From Acidimicrobiia bacterium (GTDB taxonomy: Bacteria > Actinomycetota > Acidimicrobiia > Spongiisociales > ZC4RG35): a stretch of DNA of 33,333 nt. Of the stretch, positions 18,344 through 28,301 are shown one piece after another. The translations under genes were made by a program, and so were the position numbers. Numbering within the stretch: position 1 is the stretch's first letter; every line of letters starts with the position of its first letter. The stretch is taken from positions 1 to 33,333 of the forward strand of contig JANMST010000520.1 of the NCBI GenBank assembly GCA_031389635.1, read 5' to 3'. The notes beneath the pieces are model-generated. The model saw only the letters and a list, made by a program, of their open reading frames with translations, was not told where the DNA came from and ran no database searches.

Positions 18344-19735
18344 CTAGTAGCTCCTCTGGAATCTATTGCGCAGGATGATCGCGGTGGCGTTGAGGGCCAG
18401 GAGGAGAACCAGCAGCACCACGATGGCGGCGGCGGCGATGTGTTGGAATTCGGGCTGGGGACGCGAGGTCCACTGGTAGATCTGGATGGGGAGCGTCGTG
18501 AATTTGGAGAAGGGTCCCGTGGGATCGACGGTAATAAAGGTCGAGGCCCCTACCACCACGAGTGGTGCGGTCTCGCCAAATGCCCGGGCCATCGCCAGGA
18601 TCGTGCCGGTCAGGATTCCCGGCGCGGCATTGGGGATGACGTGAGTCCTGATGGTCTGCCACTTGGTGGCGCCAAGAGCCAGCCCCGCCCTCCTCAATGA
18701 CTGTGGTACAGCCCGGATCGCCTCCTGCGAACTGATGATTACGACGGGCAACACCAGCAAGCCAAGTGTCAGCCCCGCCGACACGATGGTACGCCCGTTG
18801 GCGACTCCCCCTGCTTCGCCGGCTCCGAAGGCCGAGCCGCTGGTGAGACTCTCCAGGACCCGGACGAATATGGCCAGGCCGAGCATTCCGTAGATGATCG
18901 ACGGGACCCCTGCCAGGTTGTTGATGTTGGTGCGGATCAATCGGTTGATCCGGTTGTCCGTGGCGTACTCCTCGAGAAAAACCGCAGCCGCAACCCCGAC
19001 CGGAAACGCGAACAAGATCGTGAAGCCCAGGACCCACAAGGAGCCGAAGATGGCAGTTCGAATCCCGGCCAGTTCCGGCTCCGGATTCTGCGGGGACCGA
19101 ACGAACGAAGCGGAGACCCAGGAGCGAAACTCAAGCTCGGCGTTCGGAAAGTCTGCAGCGACCTCAGCCTCGATGGAGGCACGATCGAACATTGACTCCG
19201 TGAAACTCCAGGTGGCGACGACATTCGGTTCGACCACTCTTTCAAGAACGAGTTGATAGATGCTCGCTTGATCCCGGGCCGGCAACGTGCAACCCGGGGT
19301 GGCGTCGGGACCGGCGCACAACGCATCCCAGCTGTCTTGAGGCTCGAACACGAGGCGGTCCTCGAAGAAACGCTGGTCTCGCTCGAGGCGGCGTCCGGCG
19401 TTGCGGGAGACGTGCTCCAACAGAATCGAAACGAGCGAATCGGCCTCAAGGTCCGCCAGTGCGGTCTCCGGGGGAAGACCGAGACCGGCGATCAACTCTT
19501 CCGGCGGGATCGTGCTCTCCAGGGCGGTGAGGCCGAACGATTGGTTCACCACCGTGTACAGGAGTGTCAGCAACGAGAGCACCGCCACCACAAGTGATGC
19601 CAGGAACAGAAGGCGAAATAGGACGCCTCGGCGGCTCCGTTTCCGATCGAGCTTGACCGCAGCTTCCCCCTGCGGGAACTGTTGCGACACGACCGTCGAA
19701 GCGGCTCGCGCCTCTGCTTCTGCGACAGGGCTCAT
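18344..19735 (-). CDS. pstA: Phosphate ABC transporter permease PstA with a long extracytoplasmic insertion
   Basis: [35 protein letters not shown]. Confidence 0.93.
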   Translation of the reverse strand: MSPVAEAEARAASTVVSQQFPQGEAAVKLDRKRSRRGVLFRLLFLASLVVAVLSLLTLLYTVVNQSFGLTALESTIPPEELIAGLGLPPETALADLEADSLVSILLEHVSRNAGRRLERDQRFFEDRLVFEPQDSWDALCAGPDATPGCTLPARDQASIYQLVLERVVEPNVVATWSFTESMFDRASIEAEVAADFPNAELEFRSWVSASFVRSPQNPEPELAGIRTAIFGSLWVLGFTILFAFPVGVAAAVFLEEYATDNRINRLIRTNINNLAGVPSIIYGMLGLAIFVRVLESLTSGSAFGAGEAGGVANGRTIVSAGLTLGLLVLPVVIISSQEAIRAVPQSLRRAGLALGATKWQTIRTHVIPNAAPGILTGTILAMARAFGETAPLVVVGASTFITVDPTGPFSKFTTLPIQIYQWTSRPQPEFQHIAAAAIVVLLVLLLALNATAIILRNRFQRSY

Positions 19736-20703
19736 TCGTATACCTCGCGGAATCGACGAACGACCCTCTGGCTGAAGAGATTGAGCAGGAACGTGATCAC
19801 GAAGAGCGTGAGACCGATGGCGAAGAGACTGTTGTAGTCGATGGATCCATAGCTCAGATCTCCGCCCGAGATCCTCACGATGTGACCCGTCATCGTCTCA
19901 CCAGCCTTGAAGGGGTTGAGAATGAAGTTGAAGAGGCTGTCCTCGCCAAGGTTGAAGTTCTTGGGACCGGCCCCGGCCGCAATCGCCACCACCATGGTCT
20001 CGCCGATCGCTCTCGAAATCGCAACCACGAAAGCGGCGGAGATGCCCGAGAGGGCGGCGGGGAGAACCACCCTTACCGCGGTTTCGAACTTTGTGGCCCC
20101 CAAGGCGAGGGAAGCTTCCCGCAGAGAACGCGGCACCGCCGCCAGCGCATCCTCGGACAGCGAGGAGACCAGCGGGATAATCAGGATCCCGATCACAATG
20201 CCAGCCGAGGCGTCGTTAAAGATCTCGACGGTGCCTTGTCCGAAGATTGTCCTGAGCAACGGCGTCATGAACGTCAATGCGAAGTAGCCGAACACGACCG
20301 TAGGAATGCCGGCCAGGACCTCGAGCACCGGTTTGAAGAAGTTGCGAACTCTGGCCGACGCGTACTCGGAGAGATAGATCGCCGCCGCCAAGCCGAGCGG
20401 AAGCGCCACCAGCATGGCAATGACGCTCGTGATGAGGGTAGCGAGGACCAGGGGAACGATCCCGAACTTCCCGATTCCAGGTTGCCACTCGGTCCCGGTA
20501 AGGAACTCCACCCATGACACCTGAGGGTCGCCAAAGAAGAGCCAGGCCTCGGATCCAAGTTCGAAGACGATGCCGAGAGTGACCAGGATTGAAATCGCCC
20601 CGGCCAGAAAGAGCAGACCTTGGATCAGCGCCTCGACCGGTCGCGAACGGCGGCGGAGGTCATGGCCGGTGGTGGTCACGGTGGGAGTGGCTTCGGTGGC
20701 CAT
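19732..20703 (-). CDS. pstC: Phosphate ABC transporter permease PstC
   Basis: [30 protein letters not shown]. Confidence 0.95.
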   Translation of the reverse strand: MATEATPTVTTTGHDLRRRSRPVEALIQGLLFLAGAISILVTLGIVFELGSEAWLFFGDPQVSWVEFLTGTEWQPGIGKFGIVPLVLATLITSVIAMLVALPLGLAAAIYLSEYASARVRNFFKPVLEVLAGIPTVVFGYFALTFMTPLLRTIFGQGTVEIFNDASAGIVIGILIIPLVSSLSEDALAAVPRSLREASLALGATKFETAVRVVLPAALSGISAAFVVAISRAIGETMVVAIAAGAGPKNFNLGEDSLFNFILNPFKAGETMTGHIVRISGGDLSYGSIDYNSLFAIGLTLFVITFLLNLFSQRVVRRFREVYE

Positions 20704-20729
20704 TTGGGGGAGTGTCCGATCCTAGGAGC

Positions 20730-20760
20730 AACGGTGGGGCCGAGATACGGCCCCACCGTT
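20730..20760 (-). terminator. Intercistronic stem-loop after pstS (attenuating or mRNA-stabilising)
   Basis: Perfect 13-bp stem AACGGTGGGGCCG / CGGCCCCACCGTT with a 5-nt loop. Confidence 0.75.
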
Positions 20761-20770
20761 TGCTTCGATC

Positions 20771-21817
20771 TCAGATGCCTGTCGCTGTAAGCCAGGCATC
20801 GATGGCGGACTGGAGGTCTGCCGCAGGGGCAGGGAAGTACCCGACCTCGGTGATGACATCGTTCACTACATCGAGGTAGTAGGCGATGAAAGACGCCACT
20901 TGGGGCTTTTCGGCCATGATGGCGGCGTCGCTGTAGATGAAGAGTGGACGTGCCAGCGGGTAGGTGCCGTTGCCGACGTTGTCGCCAGAGGCCTCGACTC
21001 CATCCACGCTCACCAGGGTGAGGCCGGCCGCGTTCTCGGAGTAGTAGGCGTAGCCGAAGTAGCCGATGGAGCAGGCACTGGCGAGGTCGCCTTCCGTGCA
21101 AGTATCGCCTTCGACCCCCTGGACCAGCACGTTGTCATCCTCAGAAAGCTGGAGACCGCTGGTCGCCAGGAGCGGTTCCGGATCGTCGTCGAACACGGAC
21201 TCGACGAAGTAGTCGAAGGTGCCCGAGTCGGTGCCGGGCGAGAACCGGGCGATCGGATGAGCCGGAAACGCGGGGTCGACATCGGCCCAGGTCGATGCGG
21301 TCGAGAACGCCAAGGCCAACTGCTCCAGGCTCAGGTTCTCAACGAAGTAGTTGTTCGGGCTGACGACTATTGCCAGTGCGTCGGTGCCGACCCTGAACTC
21401 GATCGGAGTGCGCCCGATTGCTTCGCACAGAGCGATCTCTTCCTCGTCGATCGGGCGACTGGCGTTCGAAATATCGGTCTCCCCTGCCTCGCAGAATCTT
21501 TCAAAGCCAGCTCCCGTTCCGACCGAATCAATGGTGATCTGGTCGCCGTACCCGTCGTCCTCGAACTGGGCCGCGACGGCTTCGGTCAGCGGGAAGACGG
21601 TCGAACTGCCGGCAGTGACGATGTCGCCGGTCACCTCGAGCGGATCGACGAGAGGCAAACCTTCCTCGGTAATTGCCCCGGTGGTTGTGGTTTCTCCGGC
21701 TGCCGCGGTCGTAGTAGTGGCTCCGCCCGCCGTCGTAGTGGTTTCTGAGTCACTGCCGCAGGCAGCTATTACAAGGGCCAGGGCCGCCAGCGAGGCCCCC
21801 AGCTTCAGTCGGTTCAT
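20771..21817 (-). CDS. pstS: Phosphate ABC transporter substrate-binding lipoprotein
   Basis: Lipobox IAA-C; GSSTVFP, GTGAGF, SGTFDYF, YPLARPLFIY; AAGGAGA SD before ATG 21817. Confidence 0.95.
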   Translation of the reverse strand: MNRLKLGASLAALALVIAACGSDSETTTTAGGATTTTAAAGETTTTGAITEEGLPLVDPLEVTGDIVTAGSSTVFPLTEAVAAQFEDDGYGDQITIDSVGTGAGFERFCEAGETDISNASRPIDEEEIALCEAIGRTPIEFRVGTDALAIVVSPNNYFVENLSLEQLALAFSTASTWADVDPAFPAHPIARFSPGTDSGTFDYFVESVFDDDPEPLLATSGLQLSEDDNVLVQGVEGDTCTEGDLASACSIGYFGYAYYSENAAGLTLVSVDGVEASGDNVGNGTYPLARPLFIYSDAAIMAEKPQVASFIAYYLDVVNDVITEVGYFPAPAADLQSAIDAWLTATGI

Positions 21818-21884
21818 GTTGTTTCGATCTCCTTCTCGGGAGGCACCGCTCATAGAGAGCGGACCCGGTTTCTTGCCAGGCAAG

Positions 21885-21942
21885 GTGAACCTAAGGAGTC
21901 CCGTTAACCGACAACCTGCCTCAAAGTGAACGGCAGGTAAAC
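21885..21942 (-). promoter_or_regulatory. Candidate PHO box upstream of pstS
   Basis: Minus strand GTTTAC-ctgcc-GTTCAC (11-nt period), plus GTTAAC and GTTCACC closer to the gene; resembles actinobacterial PhoP GTTCACC direct-repeat units. Confidence 0.65.
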
Positions 21943-21961
21943 GTTGTCCGCAGGTCGGCCG

Positions 21962-22600
21962 TCATGACAGGACCGGCACCAACTCTGCCAGGAGGCCCCG
22001 GACCCGGCCTTCCAGGTCGTCGCGGATCCTCCGGACAACCTCGATGGGCTGGCCGGAGGGATCGTCCAGTTCCCAATCGACGTAGCGCTTGCCCGGAAAG
22101 ACCGGACAGGCGTCGCCACAACCCATGGTCACCACCACATCGGCGGCCCTGACGATTTCGTCGGCCCAGGGTTGGGGTATCTCACCGCTGATGTCGATGC
22201 CCTTCTCGGCCATGGCCTCGACCGCGACCTTGTTGACCTCGTCGGCCGGTTCCGAGCCCCCGGAGAACACCTCGACTTGATCGCCGGCGAGGTGGCGCAT
22301 CCATCCGGCCGCCATCTGCGATCGGCCGGCGTTGTGGACGCACAGGAACAGGACGCTCGGGTTGAGATCAGTGTTTTCGCCATCAAGCCGAACCAGGGCC
22401 CTCAACCGATCCCTGGCGAAGCGCTCGGCCAGAAGCGGAATCCACATAGTCGACTTGGCCCGATCCGTCAGCGTGTCCACCGAGTCGGACAAGAAGCGCT
22501 CGATGGTCTCTACGTTCAATTGGCCCTCGAATTGATGGCGAAGCCGAACGGCGGCCTGCATAATGAGGAATCTTTCTTCGGTGGTGAGGGTCGTGGTCAT
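21962..22600 (-). CDS. arsC: LMW-PTP-fold arsenate reductase with N-terminal helical dimerisation extension
   Basis: CVHNAGRSQM P-loop, MGCGDACP resolving cysteines, WELDDP; N-terminal IPLLAERFARDRL; AAGGAG SD. Confidence 0.88.
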   Translation of the reverse strand: MTTTLTTEERFLIMQAAVRLRHQFEGQLNVETIERFLSDSVDTLTDRAKSTMWIPLLAERFARDRLRALVRLDGENTDLNPSVLFLCVHNAGRSQMAAGWMRHLAGDQVEVFSGGSEPADEVNKVAVEAMAEKGIDISGEIPQPWADEIVRAADVVVTMGCGDACPVFPGKRYVDWELDDPSGQPIEVVRRIRDDLEGRVRGLLAELVPVLS

Positions 22601-22604
22601 CTCA

Positions 22605-23270
22605 CTATTGCTCCTTCTCGGTTGAGACTGCCAGGCGGTCGATGCGACGGTCAATGTCGTTGAAGGCGGTTCGGAACGAGGTCAGGCCCCGGCCCGCGAC
22701 CGGATCGGGCACCGACCAATGGAGGGCCGGAACCTCGAACGGTGGTCCGGCCTCCCGGGCACGGTCGCAGACCGACACCACCAGGTCGAACTCCGGGTCC
22801 AGTCCCTCGTAGCCCTTGGGACGGAAGCCCGCCAGGTCCAGACCCCGCTCCAATGCGACCTGAATAGCCCGCGGATCCACACGGTTAGCAGGATGGGTGC
22901 CGGCGCTTTCGGCGCCAAGGCCCGTCCGCCGACGCCAGGCGGCGGCGGCGTATTGCGATCGGGCCGAGTTGTGACTGCACACAAACAACACCGAGCGGAG
23001 CACGAGCCGTCGAGTCGACATCAGTCCGTCCAGGCGTTCGGGATTGAGAGATATGTAGCGACGCCGCCGGTCGCCTTCCGAGACACGCCGTTCGATCAGC
23101 CCTGCTTCATCCAGGACTCCGAGGTGGTGGGCCACGAGGTTGCCTGGCTGCGCGGCCGACTCTGCCAGCTCCTGAAAGGTGCGGTCGCCCGACTCGAGTT
23201 CGGCAACGATGCCCAACCGGATCGGATCCCCCAGGGCGGCGTGGACGCGGGCCCGTTCGTTCAGATCCAT
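22605..23270 (-). CDS. ArsR-type HTH fused to an ArsC/LMW-PTP-like domain
   Basis: ALGDPIRLGI...HHLGVL.EAGLI HTH; VLFVCSHNSARSQ, VCD, WSVPDP. Confidence 0.88.
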   Translation of the reverse strand: MDLNERARVHAALGDPIRLGIVAELESGDRTFQELAESAAQPGNLVAHHLGVLDEAGLIERRVSEGDRRRRYISLNPERLDGLMSTRRLVLRSVLFVCSHNSARSQYAAAAWRRRTGLGAESAGTHPANRVDPRAIQVALERGLDLAGFRPKGYEGLDPEFDLVVSVCDRAREAGPPFEVPALHWSVPDPVAGRGLTSFRTAFNDIDRRIDRLAVSTEKEQ

Positions 23271-23271
23271 C

Positions 23272-23289
23272 ACTCAGAGAATAATGAGT
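23272..23289. promoter_or_regulatory. Inverted repeat ACTCA-N8-TGAGT enclosing the -10 box (TATTCT) of the HTH-ArsC gene; candidate operator
   Basis: actca gagaataa tgagt; the -10 box at 23278-23283 is 7 nt from ATG 23270. Confidence 0.5.
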
Positions 23290-23356
23290 CAGTATTCCTT
23301 GAGCAACTCTGTGGCACTCTTCCTATCGCCCAGGGGCGAACCGTCACAAGAACGGG

Positions 23357-25399
23357 TCAGATGTGCGCTCGAGCTCTCGCCAGGGCCAGACCCTGCAGAG
23401 TGTCGTGGGCGTTGACGCCACGTTCGGTCGGTAACCGGTGCCACTGACCGTCACCGACGAGCTCCCAGGCGAGCTCGTCGTCGGCCATCAGCACATCGAT
23501 GATCTCGTCGAGGCGGAACTGAAGGTCGGCGTCTTCCACCGGTACCAGCGCCTCCACACGGTGGTCGAGGTTGCGCGGCATTAAGTCGGCCGAGCCGATC
23601 AGATAGGTGCGGGTCCGGGCTCGCGACCCGAATCGGAAGATCCGGGAGTGCTCCAGGTAGCGGCCCACGATCGACCGGACCCTGATGTTCGAGGACATGC
23701 CGGGCACCTCTGGGATCAGACAGCAGATTCCGCGCACGATCAGGTCGATCTTGGTCCCTGCCTCGGAGGCCGCGTAGAGGGCATCGATCATTCCCGGGTC
23801 AGCCAACGAGTTCATCTTGAGAGTGATCGAGCCGTCCGGCATCGACGCTTCGTGTTCAATCAACTCGACGAGGCGACGGCGAATGCCGTCGGGTGACACC
23901 GCCAGCTTCCGATAGTTGCGCTGACGGCTGTACCCGGTGAGGAAATTGAAGAGGTCCGAGAGATCCGCCCCGATCTCGGCGTCGCTTGTGAACAGACCGA
24001 GATCCTCGTAGAGGCGAGCGGTCGTTTCGTTGTAGTTGCCGGTGGCGATATGGCCGTATCTGCGGATCGTCTCGCCCTCATCCCTGACGACGAGCGAGAT
24101 CTTGGTGTGGGTTTTGAGACCCGCCACTCCGTATACGACGTGGACTCCGGCGTCTTCCAACCGCTGGGCCCACTCGATGTTGCGCTCCTCGTCGAAACGC
24201 GCCCTCAACTCGACCAAGGCGACCACCTGTTTGCCCTCATTGGCGGCGTGGATCAGCGACTGCATCATCGAACTGTCTCGACTGGTCCTGTACAGCGTCT
24301 GTTTGATAGCCAGCACTCGCGGATCCCGGGCGGCGGTGGCTATGAAGGCTTCGGTGGAGGCGGTGAAGGAGTCGTAGGGGTGCTGAACCAACAGAGCGGA
24401 GTCGCCGATCACCCGGAAGAAATCGGGGTAGACCCCGCCTATCGGAGCAAGGCGCGATGGGATGACACCGTTGAAGGGCTCGTACTTGAGATCGTCGCGC
24501 GGAAGCGACGTGAGGGTGAAGAGGCCACCCAGGTCGAGCGGACCCTCGACTCTGTAGACCTGGTCTTCGGTGGCACCCATTTCCCGGAGCAGCAAGTCAA
24601 GGAGATCCGCGGAGAAGTCCGGCGCAACCTCGAGCCGCACGACCTTGCCGAAACGGCGCCTCGTGAGCTCGCTCTCCATGGTGAGCAGGAGATCGCCGCT
24701 TTCGTCCTCGTCGTCGATCTCGATGTCCGCGTTGCGTGTCACCCGGAACGGGTGGTTGGCCACGATCTCCATCCCCGGAAATAACTCGCCGAGATGAGCG
24801 GCGATGAGCTGCTCGAGGGGGACGAAGCGCTCACCGTCGGGCAGGACCACGAACCGGGGAAGGATCGGCGGGACCTTGACCCGGGCGAACCTGGTCACCT
24901 TCGACTCGGGATGCCGAACAACCACAGCCAGGTTCAAAGAGAGGTTCGAGATATAGGGAAACGGATGGGAAGGGTCGACCGCCAGAGGTGTCACCACCGG
25001 ATAGACCCGCTCCCGAAACTGGAGGTCCATGTAATGGCGGTCCTCTTCGTCGAGGTCGCCGTAGTCGGAGAAACCTATTCCGGCCGCAGCTAGTCGAGGG
25101 GCGATGTCGGTTATGAAGACCTTGCCGGCCCGTTCGTAGTGCCCCTGAGCGACCGTCCGGACAGCCTCGAGGGTCTCATTAGGTGTCAGTCCATCGGGTG
25201 TCGGAGTTCTGATTCCGCGAACCACCAATTCATGCAGGCCCGACACCCGGACTTGATAAAACTCGTCGAGGTTCGAGGACCATATCGCCAGGAATTTGGC
25301 CCGTTCCAGCAGGGGCACCGAGGGGTTTTCGGCAAGCGCCATCACCCTGGAGTTGAAATCCAGCCAGGAAAGCTCACGGTTGAGGTATCGATCGGTCAC
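23357..25399 (-). CDS. ppk1: Polyphosphate kinase 1
   Basis: NRELSWLDFN, SNLDEF, TPLAVDPSHPFP, ARFDEERNI, KTHTK, TGNYN, GRYLEHSR, SADLMPRNL. GTG 25399 is the likely start. Confidence 0.97.
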   Translation of the reverse strand: MTDRYLNRELSWLDFNSRVMALAENPSVPLLERAKFLAIWSSNLDEFYQVRVSGLHELVVRGIRTPTPDGLTPNETLEAVRTVAQGHYERAGKVFITDIAPRLAAAGIGFSDYGDLDEEDRHYMDLQFRERVYPVVTPLAVDPSHPFPYISNLSLNLAVVVRHPESKVTRFARVKVPPILPRFVVLPDGERFVPLEQLIAAHLGELFPGMEIVANHPFRVTRNADIEIDDEDESGDLLLTMESELTRRRFGKVVRLEVAPDFSADLLDLLLREMGATEDQVYRVEGPLDLGGLFTLTSLPRDDLKYEPFNGVIPSRLAPIGGVYPDFFRVIGDSALLVQHPYDSFTASTEAFIATAARDPRVLAIKQTLYRTSRDSSMMQSLIHAANEGKQVVALVELRARFDEERNIEWAQRLEDAGVHVVYGVAGLKTHTKISLVVRDEGETIRRYGHIATGNYNETTARLYEDLGLFTSDAEIGADLSDLFNFLTGYSRQRNYRKLAVSPDGIRRRLVELIEHEASMPDGSITLKMNSLADPGMIDALYAASEAGTKIDLIVRGICCLIPEVPGMSSNIRVRSIVGRYLEHSRIFRFGSRARTRTYLIGSADLMPRNLDHRVEALVPVEDADLQFRLDEIIDVLMADDELAWELVGDGQWHRLPTERGVNAHDTLQGLALARARAHI

Positions 25400-25529
25400 A
25401 GCAATTCGACCATTCTGATCGGCTTCGGTAGCCAACGAGTGAACAAAAAGCCACCAAAACGTGGTTTGGCCGGGCGTCACCCTGAAATCCAGACGCCGAA
25501 AGCCCGTCGCCAGACGACACACACGGTGG

Positions 25530-26129
25530 CTACGGCGTCAGTCCGCCCTGCAAGAACGACCTCAACTCTGCCCTGATTTCCGGCAGTCGGGTCGGGGCCA
25601 TGATGACCGATCGGGCGAAGGACATGATCGTGTCCTGAATCAGGCGGCCCGCCAGATCAGGGGCGATAGGCCGAAACCTTCCGGCTGCGACCGCGCTCTG
25701 GTAGGTCCCCATCATTGCCGCGGACAGATCGGTGTGGGCAAGTCGGATCCGATCCTGGGCACTACTCCCCAACCTCGCGACTTCGCGATGAAGGATCACC
25801 CCGAGAACCGGATCGGTGGCTACGAACTCCACCACGAGTTCGGCCAGATCCAGCAGGAGCACATCCGGGCTCTTTCGTCGGTCCATTCGACCCACGAACT
25901 CTGCAATGACCCCGGGAAGAGCATCCTCCACCAGCGAAGCGATCAGGTCGTCGCGGTCGCGGAAGTACTCGTAGAGAGTGGTTCGCCCGATGCCAGCGAC
26001 CGCGGCCAGATCTCCGAGATTGAGGTCGCCGTTTCCGGTCTCGGCCAGAAGCGTCCGGGCAGCTTCGAGAATCTGGCGCCGGGTGAGGACCTTGTGCTCT
26101 TCGATCGATCCAGCGCGAATCCGGGGCAT
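25530..26129 (-). CDS. TetR/AcrR-family transcriptional regulator
   Basis: ILEAARTLL...DLAAVAGIGRTTLYEYF HTH. Confidence 0.9.
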   Translation of the reverse strand: MPRIRAGSIEEHKVLTRRQILEAARTLLAETGNGDLNLGDLAAVAGIGRTTLYEYFRDRDDLIASLVEDALPGVIAEFVGRMDRRKSPDVLLLDLAELVVEFVATDPVLGVILHREVARLGSSAQDRIRLAHTDLSAAMMGTYQSAVAAGRFRPIAPDLAGRLIQDTIMSFARSVIMAPTRLPEIRAELRSFLQGGLTP

Positions 26130-26165
26130 CGGATCCCAGGCTACCCAAACCCCGGCGGCACGTAT

Positions 26166-27224
26166 CTATAGACCGGGTTCCCGATAGAGAAGGGCACCCC
26201 AATGGGAGCCGGCTCCAAACGCGGTGAAACAGACCAGGTGGCCGGGCCGCACCCTCCCCGCCGCCCTGAGCTCGTGATAGAGAATCGGAAGGGTTGCCGA
26301 TGTTGTGTTGCCGTAGGAAGCGATGTTGGAGGGAACCACCTCCGGGGTCAACCCGAGCTCGCGCCGAACTCCTTCCAGGATTCTCTCGTTGGCCTGATGT
26401 GCGACGACGATGTCGATGTCGTCAACCTCGACCCCGGCCTGTTTGCAGACGGCCCTGACGGCTTCAGGCATCAGGCGTACCGCTTGCCGATAGAGACCGC
26501 CACCGTCCATGACGGGCCAATGCAGACCCCTGTCGATCTGACCGTGATCTGCGTACGGCTGATTGCGGAACCCGAGCCCCGGGACAACGATGAGGTCGAA
26601 CTGGGTTCCGTCGGTGAACAGTTGCGAGGCCAGGACCCCGCTCGATGCGCCGGTCCCTTTTCGGACGATCATCGCTCCGGCTCCGTCGCCAAAGAGGACG
26701 GTCCAGTTTCGGTGTCGATTGTTGATCTCCCTCTGGGCGAAATCAGCCGGGATCAGCGACCCGTCCGGATTGCGAGGACCCCAGGGGAAGAAACCGGCGT
26801 GAACTTCAGCACCAACGACGAGGACAGTGTTGGCGCGGCTGGAGGAGATCAAAGCGTCAGCGAGGTCGAGGCCATAGAGAAAGCCGGAGCACTGTTGACG
26901 AAGGTCAAAGGCGGGGATGTGGCCGAGGCCCAAACCGTGCTGGACCAGGGCACCAATGCCAGGGGCGACGAAATCGGGGGTCATCGTGGCGGTGACCAGG
27001 GCATCAACCTGATTGGGGAGGAGGCCGGCGTCTTCGATCGCCGCCCGTCCGGCGATCACCGCGAGATCGGATGAACCCACTCCGGGATCGACCAGGCGAC
27101 GCTCGTGAACCCCGGTCCGGGATGAGATCCAGCGATCGTCGGTGTCCATGATCCGGCTTAGGTCGTCGTTGCTGACGACCGTGTCCGGTACCGACATGCC
27201 CGTCCCGGTGATAACGGCCCTCAT
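26166..27224 (-). CDS. fabH: Beta-ketoacyl-ACP synthase III (FabH family)
   Basis: WISSRTGV, QCSGF, LFGDGAGA, HQAN, GNT, AFGAG (Cys-His-Asn triad). Confidence 0.9.
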   Translation of the reverse strand: MRAVITGTGMSVPDTVVSNDDLSRIMDTDDRWISSRTGVHERRLVDPGVGSSDLAVIAGRAAIEDAGLLPNQVDALVTATMTPDFVAPGIGALVQHGLGLGHIPAFDLRQQCSGFLYGLDLADALISSSRANTVLVVGAEVHAGFFPWGPRNPDGSLIPADFAQREINNRHRNWTVLFGDGAGAMIVRKGTGASSGVLASQLFTDGTQFDLIVVPGLGFRNQPYADHGQIDRGLHWPVMDGGGLYRQAVRLMPEAVRAVCKQAGVEVDDIDIVVAHQANERILEGVRRELGLTPEVVPSNIASYGNTTSATLPILYHELRAAGRVRPGHLVCFTAFGAGSHWGALLYREPGL

Positions 27225-27281
27225 GCCGGGAGCCCGGCCCTTGGCTGAAGGTTCGGGCGCGGTCGTGCTACACACACAATT

Positions 27282-28301
27282 GTGAGTTCCCTTCCATGGT
27301 GGGGGCGGCGCCTGATCACAGTGCCCATCGTCCTCATCGCCTGGGCATTATCGGTGCTTCTGTCACCCGTACTGTTCGTAGCCGCCGTTCTTGTGGATGG
27401 GTGGAGAACGGTCCGCTCCCGGGCAACGCCGATGGCATGGCGCATGGTGGCGATTCTCATCACGTATCTATCCGGGGAGTTCTTCGCCGTCGTGGGTGCC
27501 TTCCTTTTGTGGGTTCGCTCCGGGTTCGGGACCAATCGGGCACGCCTGGTGCGACTGAGCTACAAGCTCCAGTTGGGTTGGGGCAACCTGCTTTGGGAGT
27601 CCGTCCGGGTGATCTTCCGGTTGCGAATCGAGATCGACGGATTGGAGGTCGCCCAACCAGGACCGATCCTCATCCTGGCTCGCCATGCCTCGATCATCGA
27701 CAACGTCCTGCCCTTCCAGCTCTTCTCACGAGCTCACGGGATGACTCTCAGATATGTGATCAAGAAGGAACTCTTGATGGATCCGGCCCTGGACATCGCC
27801 GGAAGCTGGTTGCCCAACCACTTTGTGGATCGTCAGGCAACGGACCCCGAAGTCGAGATCAAGGCGTTGCGCCGCCTGGGGTCGGGCTTGACCGAGAACG
27901 ATGGTCTCCTGATATTCCCCGAAGGAACCAGGTTTACGAAGGAGAAGCAGGAGCGAGCCCTGGCCAGCCTGCAAAAACGGAATCCACGTTTCCATCGCCA
28001 TGTCGCCGGTCTCCGCCATCTCATGCCGCCCCACCCCGGGGGGGCGCTGGCTTTGCTGGAAGCCTCGTCGGCCGACGTCGTCTTGGTCGCACATCACGGG
28101 TTCGACGGATTCGCCCAGGTCAAAGACATCTGGGCAGGGGGCATGGTCGGGAAAGTTGTGACGGTGAGACTGACGAGGGTCCCGTTCAGCCAGATCCCCG
28201 AAGGGCGCGGGCACCGAACCGAATGGCTCTTCAAGGTCTGGCAGGAAATGGACGACTGGATCTCGAGTCTGGATCAGCAGGCCGTGCCCACTGATGGTTG
28301 A
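27282..28301 (+). CDS. 1-acyl-sn-glycerol-3-phosphate acyltransferase (PlsC-like)
   Basis: HX4D motif RHASIID, FVDR, IFPEGTRF; N-terminal hydrophobic segments. Confidence 0.85.
   Translation: MSSLPWWGRRLITVPIVLIAWALSVLLSPVLFVAAVLVDGWRTVRSRATPMAWRMVAILITYLSGEFFAVVGAFLLWVRSGFGTNRARLVRLSYKLQLGWGNLLWESVRVIFRLRIEIDGLEVAQPGPILILARHASIIDNVLPFQLFSRAHGMTLRYVIKKELLMDPALDIAGSWLPNHFVDRQATDPEVEIKALRRLGSGLTENDGLLIFPEGTRFTKEKQERALASLQKRNPRFHRHVAGLRHLMPPHPGGALALLEASSADVVLVAHHGFDGFAQVKDIWAGGMVGKVVTVRLTRVPFSQIPEGRGHRTEWLFKVWQEMDDWISSLDQQAVPTDG

Noticed and set aside
25440-25446. GTTCAC upstream of ppk1 as a PHO box
   Set aside because: Single half-site with no convincing partner at 11 nt.
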